From NCBI GenBank assembly GCA_965222115.1, contig CBDCTJ010000007.1, forward strand, positions 640,001-704,000: a stretch of 64,000 nt of DNA, in the 5' to 3' direction. Below, in pieces: positions 1 to 9,618 of the stretch. Origin of the DNA: Planctomycetota bacterium. GTDB taxonomy: Bacteria; Planctomycetota; PLA2; JAEUHO01. Positions within the stretch are counted from its first letter, which is position 1. The number at the start of each line of letters is the position of its first letter. The notes under the pieces were generated by a model. It did no database searches. It worked only from the letters and a program-made list of their open reading frames with translations, and was not told the DNA's origin. The translations under genes and the position numbers were made by a program.

Positions 1-239
1 GCGGGCACTCCATGAAGGGCAAGATCAATAGCGGCGACCTTGTCACGCTGGAACCTTGTGACGCAACCCATCTGCAAGTAGGCGACATCGTCTTAGTGCG
101 CGTCCGCGGAACGGACTACCTACACTTGATCAAGGCCATCGACAACGGTCGCTTCCAGATTGGAAACAACCGCGGCGGTATCAACGGATGGGTGCGGGAA
201 GGCGCGATCTTCGGCATCGCCACGAAAATAGAGGGGTAG
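1..239 (+). CDS. S24/S26 peptidase-like small protein, 5' end outside window
   Basis: Frame is open at the window edge and reads GHSM-KGKINSGDLV...GDIVLVRV. The GxSM and GD motifs fit the S24/S26 fold. The paralog at 8897 shows the missing N-terminus. Confidence 0.65.
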   Translation, partial: GHSMKGKINSGDLVTLEPCDATHLQVGDIVLVRVRGTDYLHLIKAIDNGRFQIGNNRGGINGWVREGAIFGIATKIEG

Positions 240-441
240 TGTCACGTCCCAGGTGCTTGTGGGCGCCACTCTGGAGCACGCTGATCTGGAACAGTGGACG
301 TCGCTCTGCTTACGAACCGCGACAGACACAAACGGATCTGCGTGGACGAGACTAGGCACTTGCCCGGATTGTTCATGAACTGGAGTAAATCAAGCGCTAC
401 ACGAATGATTCGGGCTCAAGATGGCATACTATTCATAGGCG

Positions 442-786
442 ATGAACGAGTACGCGACCTACATCATTCACAATTATCCCAGCGTCCTGAACGAGGCCGA
501 GTCGAAGGCCGTTCGGACCCTCCAATTGCGCATGAAGGCGGCCTTAACTGATGATCCTCGACGTTCCCTGGCCCGCTATCGCAAGATGGGACGCTTGTAC
601 GACAACGAGCCCCCGGTTGCCGCTCTCCTTTCCGAAGGGGAGGCGACGTTCTACGACCGCCTCGTCAAGCGAGTCCAAACCGAATGCGCCGACAAGGTGT
701 TCTTTAACTGTTGCGAAGCGTGTGGGGGATTGACTGCGACACCCCGGGCGCAGCAGTGTTTCCATTGTGGCCACGACTGGCATTAA
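442..786 (+). CDS. Hypothetical protein with C-terminal Zn-ribbon
   Basis: 114-aa ORF ending CEACGG...TPRAQQCFHCGHDWH (two CxxC). Confidence 0.7.
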   Translation: MNEYATYIIHNYPSVLNEAESKAVRTLQLRMKAALTDDPRRSLARYRKMGRLYDNEPPVAALLSEGEATFYDRLVKRVQTECADKVFFNCCEACGGLTATPRAQQCFHCGHDWH

Positions 787-800
787 GGGGCAGCGGACGC

Positions 801-1745
801 ATGTCAGGCTTCATCGGCAAGGGAAAGATCGGTATCTGGGTTTGGAACCGGGATCGGAATCTGTTTCTTGACTGGCTTGCGGAGCATCGAGCAGGAAACG
901 ACCCGAAATGGCGAGAGAAACTGCTCAGTGAAGCGCACCGTTGGATGGGATGCTGCCTGGATCTCGAGGAGTTGATACCTGAAGGCGCGTGGAGTCCGCC
1001 GACAGAGAACGAACTCGCTGCTGCCGCCAACGTGAATGAGCATTTCCCCACGATTCTCCGGTTGGTCGCAGCGACTGTCGATGGTTCATGGAAACACGAT
1101 GTCGGAAGTCTGGAAGCCATCCGTTGGAAGGTGCCCTGGACGGATGGGTTCACCGAAGAAGGGATCTGGACTGCGAAGTGCTTGGACCTCTATCTCGAAT
1201 TCGCGGAGCCCAATGCCGCCACGGTCCTTGAAGCGATATCGGCTCTTTGGGCTCATATAGATCTCCAAGGCTGCTGGGTGAACAACGACCGCGAGCCAAT
1301 GGTTGCGACTCGGTTGCCGGCGCCATTCTATGAAGACGCTGAGGTCGACACGTGGGGGCCGCCCGAGTTCAATGTGCCCACCCCGCGCTACGGGTTCGCG
1401 ATGATGCGTGGGCGAACCTGCGTGCCGTGCGCGACGTACATCGGCCTGGACGAGGACTGCGCCTTTCTGAAGCTGTCCTTCCGTTCGGCAGCAATACAAC
1501 GTCGTGTGCCACCCAGGATTGAAGCGGAGGGTCCATGCGATCCCGCGATGTTCCGTTGGCTTGCAGCGATTGGACGGTCCGTTCACAACCGCGTGCCCAT
1601 TCACATCGGCATCGTCGGTTGGGAGGTCGTGGCGTCAAAGGACAGTGAGATGTACGAGCGGAAATTCGAGGCTACGCAGGGCTACCTGCTACCTAATGCA
1701 GACGGACTGGAATACGTGGCACCGACCATCTTTTCGTGGTCGTAG
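801..1745 (+). CDS. Hypothetical protein
   Basis: Long ORF; ATG at 801 follows the previous stop. Its 3' third is duplicated at ~12666-13036 with the frame conserved, which supports coding status. Confidence 0.7.
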   Translation: MSGFIGKGKIGIWVWNRDRNLFLDWLAEHRAGNDPKWREKLLSEAHRWMGCCLDLEELIPEGAWSPPTENELAAAANVNEHFPTILRLVAATVDGSWKHDVGSLEAIRWKVPWTDGFTEEGIWTAKCLDLYLEFAEPNAATVLEAISALWAHIDLQGCWVNNDREPMVATRLPAPFYEDAEVDTWGPPEFNVPTPRYGFAMMRGRTCVPCATYIGLDEDCAFLKLSFRSAAIQRRVPPRIEAEGPCDPAMFRWLAAIGRSVHNRVPIHIGIVGWEVVASKDSEMYERKFEATQGYLLPNADGLEYVAPTIFSWS

Positions 1746-1840
1746 GAAGCGCGCGGCGATCCGAGGAAACTCTGCACAACGCGAATTGCCAGTTCCGGTG
1801 TGCGCATGTATGGCGTCTGCGATTCACGCGGGCTACATCG

Positions 1841-1871
1841 AAAAGTGTGGATTTTGCCCGTACGCTGTATC
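1841..1871 (+). repeat. Dispersed ~30-bp repeat, copy 1 (degenerate)
   Basis: AAAAGTGTGGATTTTGCCCGTACGCTGTATC. Confidence 0.9.
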
Positions 1872-2007
1872 TCGCATTTTGTCGTTTCAAACTGCGTTGC
1901 GCATGACAAAAAATTGAATCCAACCGAATTGGCGAAGTGCTACCGCGATAGGCGTTTAGAGGGAGGAGTTCCTGTTCGTCACGTCTATCGCATTCTCTTC
2001 CAAAACG

Positions 2008-2050
2008 AAAAGTGTGGATTTTGCCCGTACACCGTATTCCTGTATTCCTG
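2008..2050 (+). repeat. Dispersed repeat copy 2 with 3' tandem duplication
   Basis: AAAAGTGTGGATTTTGCCCGTACACC followed by (GTATTCCT)x2. Confidence 0.95.
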
Positions 2051-2088
2051 AGCGTGTGCGAGGAACCAACTTCCTGCGTGGGTACGTG

Positions 2089-5000
2089 TCACTTTAGTTC
2101 GACCATCCGCGTAAGAACTTGCTTGTTCGCTTCTACGTTGACCACCCACTCAGCGAGTTTCTCGTTTGTGTCGGTACGACAGAGCATTAGATTGTGTTGC
2201 CCGATACTAAGTCCTTGCAGGATTACGGGCTCGCCCGGGTCGCATCGCACGCTACGTACGGTGGACGGTGAAGCCAGTGACTTGGACAACAATTCTACGG
2301 GAAACGTTCTTGTCTCCTTCAGCATCACGAGTGTGACTTCAATCGATGCACCCACCGGAAGCCGTACTTTGCCAAGGTCTGAGATTGCACCCTCTAGCTT
2401 GACGCCGTCTAAACGCAGGGGTGCCCACGGCGCCAGATCGATCAATACGTCGTATCGACCCGGCGTAAGTCCACCGAAACGCACAACACTTGATACCGGG
2501 CGGAAGAAGTATGAGCGTGGGGTTTCGTCTGTGTTTCCATGGCGCCACACGTGTAGGTGAAGTGGTGCGTGTCTATTCCTCGAGTCTGCGCCTGGACGCG
2601 TAGCGGGGTGCAAGGTGAACCAAGCTTGTGCGCCTGCAACCAAGCGAAGCTTCGGCGTTTCGTCCGCGCGTACCTCCATACGCGTGCCGCCTTCGGCGAG
2701 CAAGAGGGCTGGGTGCTCGACCACAAGGGCGAACTTTGCTCCGCGCTTGCAACGCAACGTGAAGCTTCCGTCGTCAGCCACCTCAAGGCCGCCCTTTTGG
2801 CCGAACGGCAGGGCCCGTGGCGCGCGACCCTGAACACCCAAGAACGTCTTCTTCACGTCGTGTCCGTTTGGCACTTCGACTGAGCCTTCAATCTCGATCA
2901 CGTCTTGTAGATCTAGAATCACTTCATCGGGGGGATGTGCGGGATCGAATTGAAACTCGCGCGTGTGGACGCCGCTATCTTGATCCACTACACGGCAACG
3001 CCCAGCCCGCACGCCCTGCCACTCAAGTACCTCGGGCAATAGGTAGTGCTGTGGCCACGGATGCAGCGGGTTCCACCCCTCTCGCCGCCATTGTTTGCGG
3101 TCCGTGTCCCACCGCTGGAGTTCCACCCGAAACCGCTTATCCGCGGGCGGTCGTACCCGGATCCGCACGGGTGCTGCGGGCTCAATTTCTAACTCGTGAT
3201 GGAGTGCCTGATGCCCATCCTCTGCGTGCAGTTCGACCTGCCGGCTTCCCATGTTTGGGCTACTCACCAGAAAGCGCGCGACGTTGGTGAGTGCGTCTGG
3301 ACGCACGGAGAAACGAACCGTGCCGGGGTCCTGCGTTCTCTCGTATTGCGTGAGTTCGGTGTTATCAATGGCTAGACTTAGCCCCGGTGGGAGGAACGGC
3401 TCGCCTTCTCTCTTCAACGTCAAGTGGACGTCGCGTGCTCTCGCAACCGTTGCCTCAATGCGGCCTTCTCCGCCTTGTGTCAACGTCACGGTTCCCAGAA
3501 TGTTCTGCTGTTCCCATTCGTCCATCTTGGTCGCGTGCGTGGGCACAAGCAGGGCCGCATAGGTGCCATCCGGCAAGTCACCGAATTGGGCCTCACCATC
3601 GTCGTTTGTATTTACTACACGACCGTTGAGTTGCACGCGCGCGCCGCATGCGGGGTGTCCATCCGCATAGTGAAGAACAACACGTACTTCGCCCGCAGCG
3701 AAGAAGGTCACATCCGGGCCCTCCGTCGTGCCGACCGGGAGCGTTACTGTGGCAATCTGCCCGTTGGATGTTCGTGCGACGCCCACGTATGGCTGGCTTG
3801 GCAGCAACGGCAGCGTGCAACAAAGTCGCCCGTCCCTCATGCGTATATCGATGGGCGCAAGGAGGTGCGCCGACCCAAAGACACTGCGCGAATGCAATGT
3901 GATCGGTGTTCCGTCTGGAGGAACCACACCGCCTCCCGCCCCGGACACAGGCCAGTTGACTTCCTTGGGCGTTGGCACGTGAAGTACAACGTCTCTTGCG
4001 TCCATGGGAATGGCGGGCGCTGAATCGATCTTAAAGTAGTCGATGTATGTCGGGTTTGGTGCGGCGGAGGGTGCGCGTCCGCGAACGTGTGCAACGAGAG
4101 CAATACTGGCCCGTGGATCCAAGTGATGGATCGCAGTGCGTCCATCGTCGTCCGTCGGCGGAATGTGAGGTGCAGGCGCATAGTGCGTTGCTGTGCCCTT
4201 CACGTAGCCTTTTCTGCGCTCCAACACCTCTATCACGGCACCCGCAATGGGCTCCTTGGTCTCTTGGTCTAGCACGCGTACGCGGAGACTTCGGTTGGCT
4301 GAATGCACATCTACTTTGACACGCTCGTCTGGATCGATGGGAACCGCACAGATTGCGGTGCCCCGTCCTCCGTCGGGACTCGATGCATCGATTCGCCACC
4401 CCGGTTTCGCCAAACCGACAAAGCGCGCGTCTCCATTTGCATCCGCAATCCGTTCGCATCGCGGCGTCCATGTGCTGAAGATGAGCGAAGAGAGCACGAC
4501 CCGCGCGTATGGAACCGGGGACCCTTGCTTGACAACTCGAACACGCAGCGTGCGCGCCCGTCTGAGCACGATCGGTTTCGCTGTGATTGATGGTGGAGAC
4601 CCGACCCAAAGTTTCTGATCGATGGTTCCCGCCGTTCCGTCCCGGGCTATCGCGTGGATCGCCAGTGCCTGACCGAGTGTCCGTGGGGGTGCACCCAGTT
4701 CGAGGCGATATCTCCCGTTGGCGTCGGTTTGTGTGGGTTCGACGTGGCGCTGGATGCACCACGCCTTGACGGTTGCATCCGCGGCGGGCGACCCATTGGC
4801 ATGCACGACACGACCCTTAACCACAATACGTTTGCGCCGTGTATCGAAGAGGGCGTCGTATGCCTCCGGCAAAGACAAGGTTGCTGGGTGCTGAGTGGCG
4901 AGGCCATGAAGGACGGGAGTTGTCGCCGACTTGAGTTCTCGCTGTTGGTCGGCATGTACGACATGCGGCGTAACAGAATCGCTCTGTGAACTCAACCTCA

Positions 5001-5631
5001 GCGCGAGGCCGCCGACGAGGAAAGCGGCCGCTACCGCTACAATCGCCGCGTGGGGAACGCCACTCACTGCGGTCGTGGTCGTTGGCATTCGAATCCACTG
5101 ACGAAGCGTGATTGTCCACGCGGCGCGGTTGCCACCGTGGTGACGGTCCATTCGTTCCCGCAACGTGGCTCGCGCACGCCTCAGACGTGTACGCACAGTC
5201 TCTACGGGAACGCCCATGCGCTCAGCAATGCGCCGAGGCGGTTCTGTTTCAAAGTAGCGCAAGAGAACCGTGAACCGATACGGATCGGGAAGTTTGAGTA
5301 CGAGTTGCGCCAACTGCTCGACGAGTTCGGCACGGGCAACGACCTCGACGGTTGCGGGTTCCTGTCCGTTACGCACCCACGCCGCTTCGTGACGTCGTCG
5401 TCGCGCATTCGACCGCGCTCGATTGCTCGCCAGGCGCCTCAAGACAGTTGCTAGCCACGCACGCGGATGACGAATGCCAGCGGGGGCACGTTCCAACGCC
5501 ACCAGATATACGTCTTGCGCCAAATCCTCAGCAGTGGTTTGGTCATTCACGAGCGAGAGAGCTAATCTACGGAGCCACGCGCGTTCGCGGAGGAGGCGCT
5601 TAATTTCGGCGTTGGGTATGGATTGAGCCAT
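2089..5631 (-). CDS. ECF sigma-70 factor fused to a TM helix and carboxypeptidase-regulatory-like beta-sandwich domains
   Basis: N-terminal sigma region 2 (AEDLAQDVYL...AWLATVLR) and region 4 (LPDPYR...IAERMGVPVETVRTRLRRAR). Then hydrophobic AAIVAVAAAFLVGGLAL and repeated GRVV..G.P..A.V / TD..G.. modules. Confidence 0.85.
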   Translation of the reverse strand: MAQSIPNAEIKRLLRERAWLRRLALSLVNDQTTAEDLAQDVYLVALERAPAGIRHPRAWLATVLRRLASNRARSNARRRRHEAAWVRNGQEPATVEVVARAELVEQLAQLVLKLPDPYRFTVLLRYFETEPPRRIAERMGVPVETVRTRLRRARATLRERMDRHHGGNRAAWTITLRQWIRMPTTTTAVSGVPHAAIVAVAAAFLVGGLALRLSSQSDSVTPHVVHADQQRELKSATTPVLHGLATQHPATLSLPEAYDALFDTRRKRIVVKGRVVHANGSPAADATVKAWCIQRHVEPTQTDANGRYRLELGAPPRTLGQALAIHAIARDGTAGTIDQKLWVGSPPSITAKPIVLRRARTLRVRVVKQGSPVPYARVVLSSLIFSTWTPRCERIADANGDARFVGLAKPGWRIDASSPDGGRGTAICAVPIDPDERVKVDVHSANRSLRVRVLDQETKEPIAGAVIEVLERRKGYVKGTATHYAPAPHIPPTDDDGRTAIHHLDPRASIALVAHVRGRAPSAAPNPTYIDYFKIDSAPAIPMDARDVVLHVPTPKEVNWPVSGAGGGVVPPDGTPITLHSRSVFGSAHLLAPIDIRMRDGRLCCTLPLLPSQPYVGVARTSNGQIATVTLPVGTTEGPDVTFFAAGEVRVVLHYADGHPACGARVQLNGRVVNTNDDGEAQFGDLPDGTYAALLVPTHATKMDEWEQQNILGTVTLTQGGEGRIEATVARARDVHLTLKREGEPFLPPGLSLAIDNTELTQYERTQDPGTVRFSVRPDALTNVARFLVSSPNMGSRQVELHAEDGHQALHHELEIEPAAPVRIRVRPPADKRFRVELQRWDTDRKQWRREGWNPLHPWPQHYLLPEVLEWQGVRAGRCRVVDQDSGVHTREFQFDPAHPPDEVILDLQDVIEIEGSVEVPNGHDVKKTFLGVQGRAPRALPFGQKGGLEVADDGSFTLRCKRGAKFALVVEHPALLLAEGGTRMEVRADETPKLRLVAGAQAWFTLHPATRPGADSRNRHAPLHLHVWRHGNTDETPRSYFFRPVSSVVRFGGLTPGRYDVLIDLAPWAPLRLDGVKLEGAISDLGKVRLPVGASIEVTLVMLKETRTFPVELLSKSLASPSTVRSVRCDPGEPVILQGLSIGQHNLMLCRTDTNEKLAEWVVNVEANKQVLTRMVELK

Positions 5632-5781
5632 GCTTGGTACCTATGAGACACCACTCAGGTCGAAAGCGGTTCATGGCACGGGTGAATTCGCCCCTTCAAG
5701 AATTCCTTTCCGCGCTACGGGCTGCTCATCATTCGGACTACCGCATCAGGTAACTCACTTGCAAACAAGATAGGACCACCA

Positions 5782-5823
5782 AAAAGTGTGGATTTTGCCC
5801 GTACACCGTATCCCACCGTATCC
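5782..5823 (+). repeat. Dispersed repeat copy 3 with 3' tandem duplication
   Basis: AAAAGTGTGGATTTTGCCCGTA followed by (CACCGTATCC)x2, abutting the truncated integrase. Confidence 0.95.
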
Positions 5824-6516
5824 TCGTTCCAGTGGGCAATCCGCTCCGGTTACGTTGATGAGAATCCAGTTCGAAAGGTCGACCGGTTTTCCGAAAAGGG
5901 ACGCAAGCGCGAAACCTATCTCACCGCCGATGAGTGTCACGCGCTCATCGACAATTGCTCGCAAGTGTTGCGCCCCGTCGTCATTGCCGCATGACACACA
6001 CACCGGGATGCGGTGCGGGGAGATCCTGTCGCTTGCTTGGCGAACTGTAGATCTCAATCGCGCCGAGATACACGTCGAGGCTGCGAATGAGAAGACGGGC
6101 CGGAGGCGCGTCATCCCTCTGACAGACGATCTCCTCGCCACCCTAAAGATACTGAAGACATCCAGGCCGCGCACCGCACTTGACGGTAGCGACCCTGTAT
6201 TCACGAACAAGGAGGGCACAGCGATCACGCCCTCGTGCCTTCGACGTATGTACGAGCCGACCGTGACCCGTTGCGAAGGCTTACACTGGCCAAGCGTCAG
6301 GCGCTGCGCTTCCACGACCTGCGCCACACCGCCGCGTCCCTCATGGTCGGGGGCGGCGTGCCGATCTTCGACGTGGCCAAGATCCTCGGGCACTCCACAG
6401 TTTCGGTAACCATGCGCTATGCGCACTTGGCGCCCGAGGCGGGGCGGGCAGTCATCGAGCGTCTAGGAGAGTCACTTGCTCAGGAGGGTGCCCAAGTCGC
6501 CAGCCTCAGCGGCTAG
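5824..6516 (+). pseudogene. Tyrosine recombinase/phage integrase, 5'-truncated and frameshifted
   Basis: Motifs are split across frames: FQWAIRSGYVDENPV...YLTADE; HTGMRCGEILSLAW...EKTGRRRVIPL; RFHDLRHTAAS...ILGHST..TMRYAHL. All R-K-HxxR-H-Y catalytic residues are present. Confidence 0.9.
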
Positions 6517-6553
6517 CGTTTCCATTGGGGCTGACCCAACCAGGGTGAAGCGT

Positions 6554-7372
6554 TTACTCCGATACCGGGCGATCAAGGGGCTTTGCGGCCTCGGTCCCCC
6601 ACATCTTCGGATAGCACGCCACGAGAACTACACCGGTCCCGTCCTCATTCCGCATGCCCGGTCCATTCAAGGTGTAACCGGATGGAGTGTCGAAGTTCAT
6701 GCGCACGCGGTGCGCTGACAGGGCCAAGAACCCAGCCTCACCCACAAGCGGGAGCACTCTGTATTCCAGGACTCCTCTGTGTCCTGCGAAGGCGTCGTGC
6801 CCGAGGCGCAGTACGTAGTCTCTACTCGGATCACGACGAACTGCGGCCCACATGTGCCGGGGAAGCACGAAGGCCTCGACCAGATACCCGTTTGCCTTAT
6901 CAGGAGGCGAGCGGAAGTACCAATCGTGCTCGGCGAAACGGATGTCAGTCTTTCGCGTGTTCCGTGCTTTGTCGAAGTGCTCAATGCCCCAGCAGGCGAT
7001 GGCAACGCTAGGGCCACTCTCGATGGGCGTCAGAATCGGCGATGTCATCAGCCCAAGGCCCTTTGGCTCCCCCGTATCTGGATCTCGTCCGGATGTGATG
7101 CGCCCCGATCGTTCGCCCGAGAACTGCGCGAACCCGTCGCCGTGGTAGGAGAGCTTTGCGCGGTCGGTGGCTGTGTACTCTTCACACTCCTCTGGCTTGG
7201 CTCGCCACTGCTTCTTGTGGTAGTCCACGGGCACTTTCGCCAACCAGCCTTGCTTCTCCTCGTGATAGGGCATCAGGACACCGAAGCCCCCGTCCGAGTA
7301 GGTCGTGAACTTCGTGAGCAGACGACTGCCGCTACTTGATCCCGCGTCGATGATGATCCTTGCGTCAGTCAT
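6554..7372 (-). CDS. Hypothetical protein
   Basis: Long ORF with a GGAGGAGG RBS before ATG 7372; no family recognised. Confidence 0.7.
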   Translation of the reverse strand: MTDARIIIDAGSSSGSRLLTKFTTYSDGGFGVLMPYHEEKQGWLAKVPVDYHKKQWRAKPEECEEYTATDRAKLSYHGDGFAQFSGERSGRITSGRDPDTGEPKGLGLMTSPILTPIESGPSVAIACWGIEHFDKARNTRKTDIRFAEHDWYFRSPPDKANGYLVEAFVLPRHMWAAVRRDPSRDYVLRLGHDAFAGHRGVLEYRVLPLVGEAGFLALSAHRVRMNFDTPSGYTLNGPGMRNEDGTGVVLVACYPKMWGTEAAKPLDRPVSE

Positions 7373-7515
7373 GCGACTACGACCTCCTCCCGACTCGAAG
7401 TTGACCACGCGCCAAAGAGCTAGCGCGGCCGAGACGACGGTCACTGAGACCCCCTCAGGAACCCCCTGGGCGGGCGCGCAAGCGTAACTCGTTTCACTAT
7501 GGGGGCCTGCGGACG

Positions 7516-7585
7516 TAAGGCACCGTTTTTGAAAACCGGCGTAGGGTCAAACCTACCGGGGGTTCGAATCCCTCTCCCTCCGCCA
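7516..7585 (+). pseudogene. 3' fragment of tRNA-Ser(TGA), probable att-site remnant
   Basis: Anticodon arm CCGTT-TTTGAAA-ACCGG (one stem mismatch), long variable arm GTAGG-GTCAAA-CCTAC, T-arm GGTTCGAATCC and 3' end TCCCTCCGCCA. The complementary 5' acceptor strand (GGAGGGA) is absent. Confidence 0.85.
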
Positions 7586-7668
7586 CATATCGTGTCTCAA
7601 GGTCAAGGCTCGCGATACGGCGCAGGCGTGGTTCCCACCAGTTTGTTTACTACGTGACGCGGGTTTGG

Positions 7669-8052
7669 CTATGACGCCGCGATGAACCGCGCGACGTCCT
7701 CCGAGACTTCCTCGGGTACCTCATCGAGCGACCGCACGACGGAGACCAGGCGCCTACGCCAAACTGCGTGCCGTTGCCAGAACGACCGGTCGATACGAAG
7801 CAGGCTCCGCAAGAGGTCTCCTGGGTAGAAGTCCCCTTCGGCGAGAGGATCGGCTTCTACAGCTACTAGGCCTAGCGGCACGAGCCACAAGAGCCCGATC
7901 TGCTGACCGATCATGATGCGGAGGTCCTCGATGGAGAACTCTCCAATCGGTACCCTCCTCAGGCGATGACACGTGGTGACTATGTGTGAGTGGTATTCTG
8001 GCTCGCCCCAGGCCACGCCCTCTAGCTCGTTCAACGTCTTGTTCAAATCCAT
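7669..8052 (-). CDS. CdiI-type contact-dependent inhibition immunity protein (orphan)
   Basis: TLNELEG..WGEP...CHRLRRVPI..FSIEDLRIMIGQQIGL..LVPL...DPLAEGDFYPGDLL matches the pattern I recall for the CdiI_3-like family. Confidence 0.75.
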   Translation of the reverse strand: MDLNKTLNELEGVAWGEPEYHSHIVTTCHRLRRVPIGEFSIEDLRIMIGQQIGLLWLVPLGLVAVEADPLAEGDFYPGDLLRSLLRIDRSFWQRHAVWRRRLVSVVRSLDEVPEEVSEDVARFIAAS

Positions 8053-8303
8053 GAGTCAGGTCCGCTGTCAAGTTCTTGAGTCTAGCTCCGTGTGGTGGCC
8101 CCAGCTACAGCACCGGTAGCGATCAGCGGCCAAAGCAAGATCGTCGGCGTTGACTGCATTCGTTGTTCTCAATACAGCCTGAGTTGAAGAGTCTCCATGT
8201 GAAAATAGCGAATGAGACTCCGCTTCCCCAGTCTGAGTGGACGCCTCGCTCTAGCTTACGGATGTGTGTACGCTGTCGTGTCACCGAAGACGGGAGACTC
8301 GTC

Positions 8304-8900
8304 ATGTACCGCGTCATGATTTGCGCTAGGCCCGGTAAGGAAGCGGACTCGGAAGAGCGGGCTGGTGCGTATGTGAACTGCTACATCGACTATCGCGACG
8401 CGCGCGGTGCCAAGATCCCGGCGCAGTGGTACATCGCCGACATGGGTTGGTTGCCCGAAACGGTGTTGGAAATTTGCGCGGTCGATCTCGAAGAGGTGGA
8501 GCCGGAGTTTGAGAAGTACATTCACGAAGCCCAGGCTGATGGATATTGCACAGTGGTCCACATGTGGCCCGCGGGGGCCGACGATGCCCATGAAGATGAT
8601 CACGATGATTGGGATCCACCCAGCGAGCATGAGCGCCGACTGAGGGGTGTTGCTGGGACATATGTCGATACGGAATCAAGCGAACAGGTGTTGAGGCTAC
8701 GCACGGACCGACACTTTGGGTGGGGTCGAGACGAGACGAACTACAGTGGCACGTGGCATGTATCGGGCGATGAACTCACGCTTGTGTACTTTCCGGCCAA
8801 TGAGGGTGAGAAGGCTGTACTTGACGATTCCTGGCGTGTTCTTCCCAATGCGTTGGCATGCCCCGACGCCACGTTACGCAAGGAGGCTACAAGCGCATGA
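8304..8900 (+). CDS. Hypothetical acidic protein
   Basis: GGGAGA RBS before ATG 8304; the stop overlaps the next ATG (ATGA). Confidence 0.65.
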   Translation: MYRVMICARPGKEADSEERAGAYVNCYIDYRDARGAKIPAQWYIADMGWLPETVLEICAVDLEEVEPEFEKYIHEAQADGYCTVVHMWPAGADDAHEDDHDDWDPPSEHERRLRGVAGTYVDTESSEQVLRLRTDRHFGWGRDETNYSGTWHVSGDELTLVYFPANEGEKAVLDDSWRVLPNALACPDATLRKEATSA

Positions 8901-9010
8901 GTTGGGCACGCCACGCCAAGGAGGCCCTCGGTCGCGGCGAGACGGTCCACGTCCGTCCCCGCGGGCACTCCATGAAGGGCAAGGTCAAAAAATGCGACCT
9001 TGTGACGCGA
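8897..9010 (+). pseudogene. Truncated paralog of the S24/S26-like gene at 1-239
   Basis: Reads MSWARHAKEALGRGETVHVRPRGHSMKGKVKKCDLVT. Bases 8961-8983 are identical to window 1-23; similarity ends near 9008. Confidence 0.75.
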
Positions 9011-9151
9011 CACCCCGCGCGCGGCAGTGTCTCCATCGCGGCCACGACTGACAGACACAGAAGGAGCGCAGATGCATGTGGGCTTCTTCGGTACGGACGA
9101 GACCGAGAATGGCTCGTCTCCGGCCAGTTCTACGGGCGGGGGTTGAGGCCT

Positions 9152-9193
9152 CTTGACGTCAAGGCTTTCTACGCGTAGAATACTACGCGTAGT
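9152..9193 (+). promoter_or_regulatory. Sigma-70 promoter with tandem palindromic operator (putative BlaI-type boxes)
   Basis: TTGACG (9153-9158), 17-bp spacer, TAGAAT (9176-9181). Perfect palindromes TTCTACGCGTAGAA (9167-9180) and ACTACGCGTAGT (9182-9193). Confidence 0.8.
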
Positions 9194-9216
9194 CTTCATC
9201 ATTAGGACCGCCATCT

Positions 9217-9618
9217 ATGAAGCCGCCCGCTCCCACCACCCGTGAGCTAGAGATCCTTGAGGTGCTCTGGCGTCGTAATGACGCCTCGGTACGCGACATC
9301 TACGAGGATCTGCGCGAGAAGCGTCCCCTCGTCCAGGCGACGGTTCAGGCAGTTTTGCGAACCATGACAAAGAAGGGCCTAGTCACCTATCACGAGCGGG
9401 GCCGCACCTACGTGTATCGCGCGTGTGTGCAGGCCGAGCCGACTCGGCGGCGCCTGCTCGATCGCGTGCTTCGGCAAGTGTATCAAGGCGCGGTCGATCA
9501 ACTCGTCGAGGGTGCTGTGCGGCTAAAGCCGCCGTCCGCGGACGAACTCAAACGGCTACGCAGGCTCGTCGCCGAACTCGGGTCGGAAGCCGGCGAGGGG
9601 GCGGCCGACGATGCTTGA
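9217..9618 (+). CDS. BlaI/MecI/CopY family transcriptional repressor
   Basis: RELEILEVLW...SVRDIYEDL...TVQAVLRTMTKKGLV...GRTYVY; overlaps the start of the M56 gene. Confidence 0.92.
   Translation: MKPPAPTTRELEILEVLWRRNDASVRDIYEDLREKRPLVQATVQAVLRTMTKKGLVTYHERGRTYVYRACVQAEPTRRRLLDRVLRQVYQGAVDQLVEGAVRLKPPSADELKRLRRLVAELGSEAGEGAADDA

Noticed and set aside
7496-7585. Intact tRNA-Ser gene
   Set aside because: No 5' acceptor strand complementary to TCCCTCC, no complete D-arm, and the anticodon stem is mismatched.
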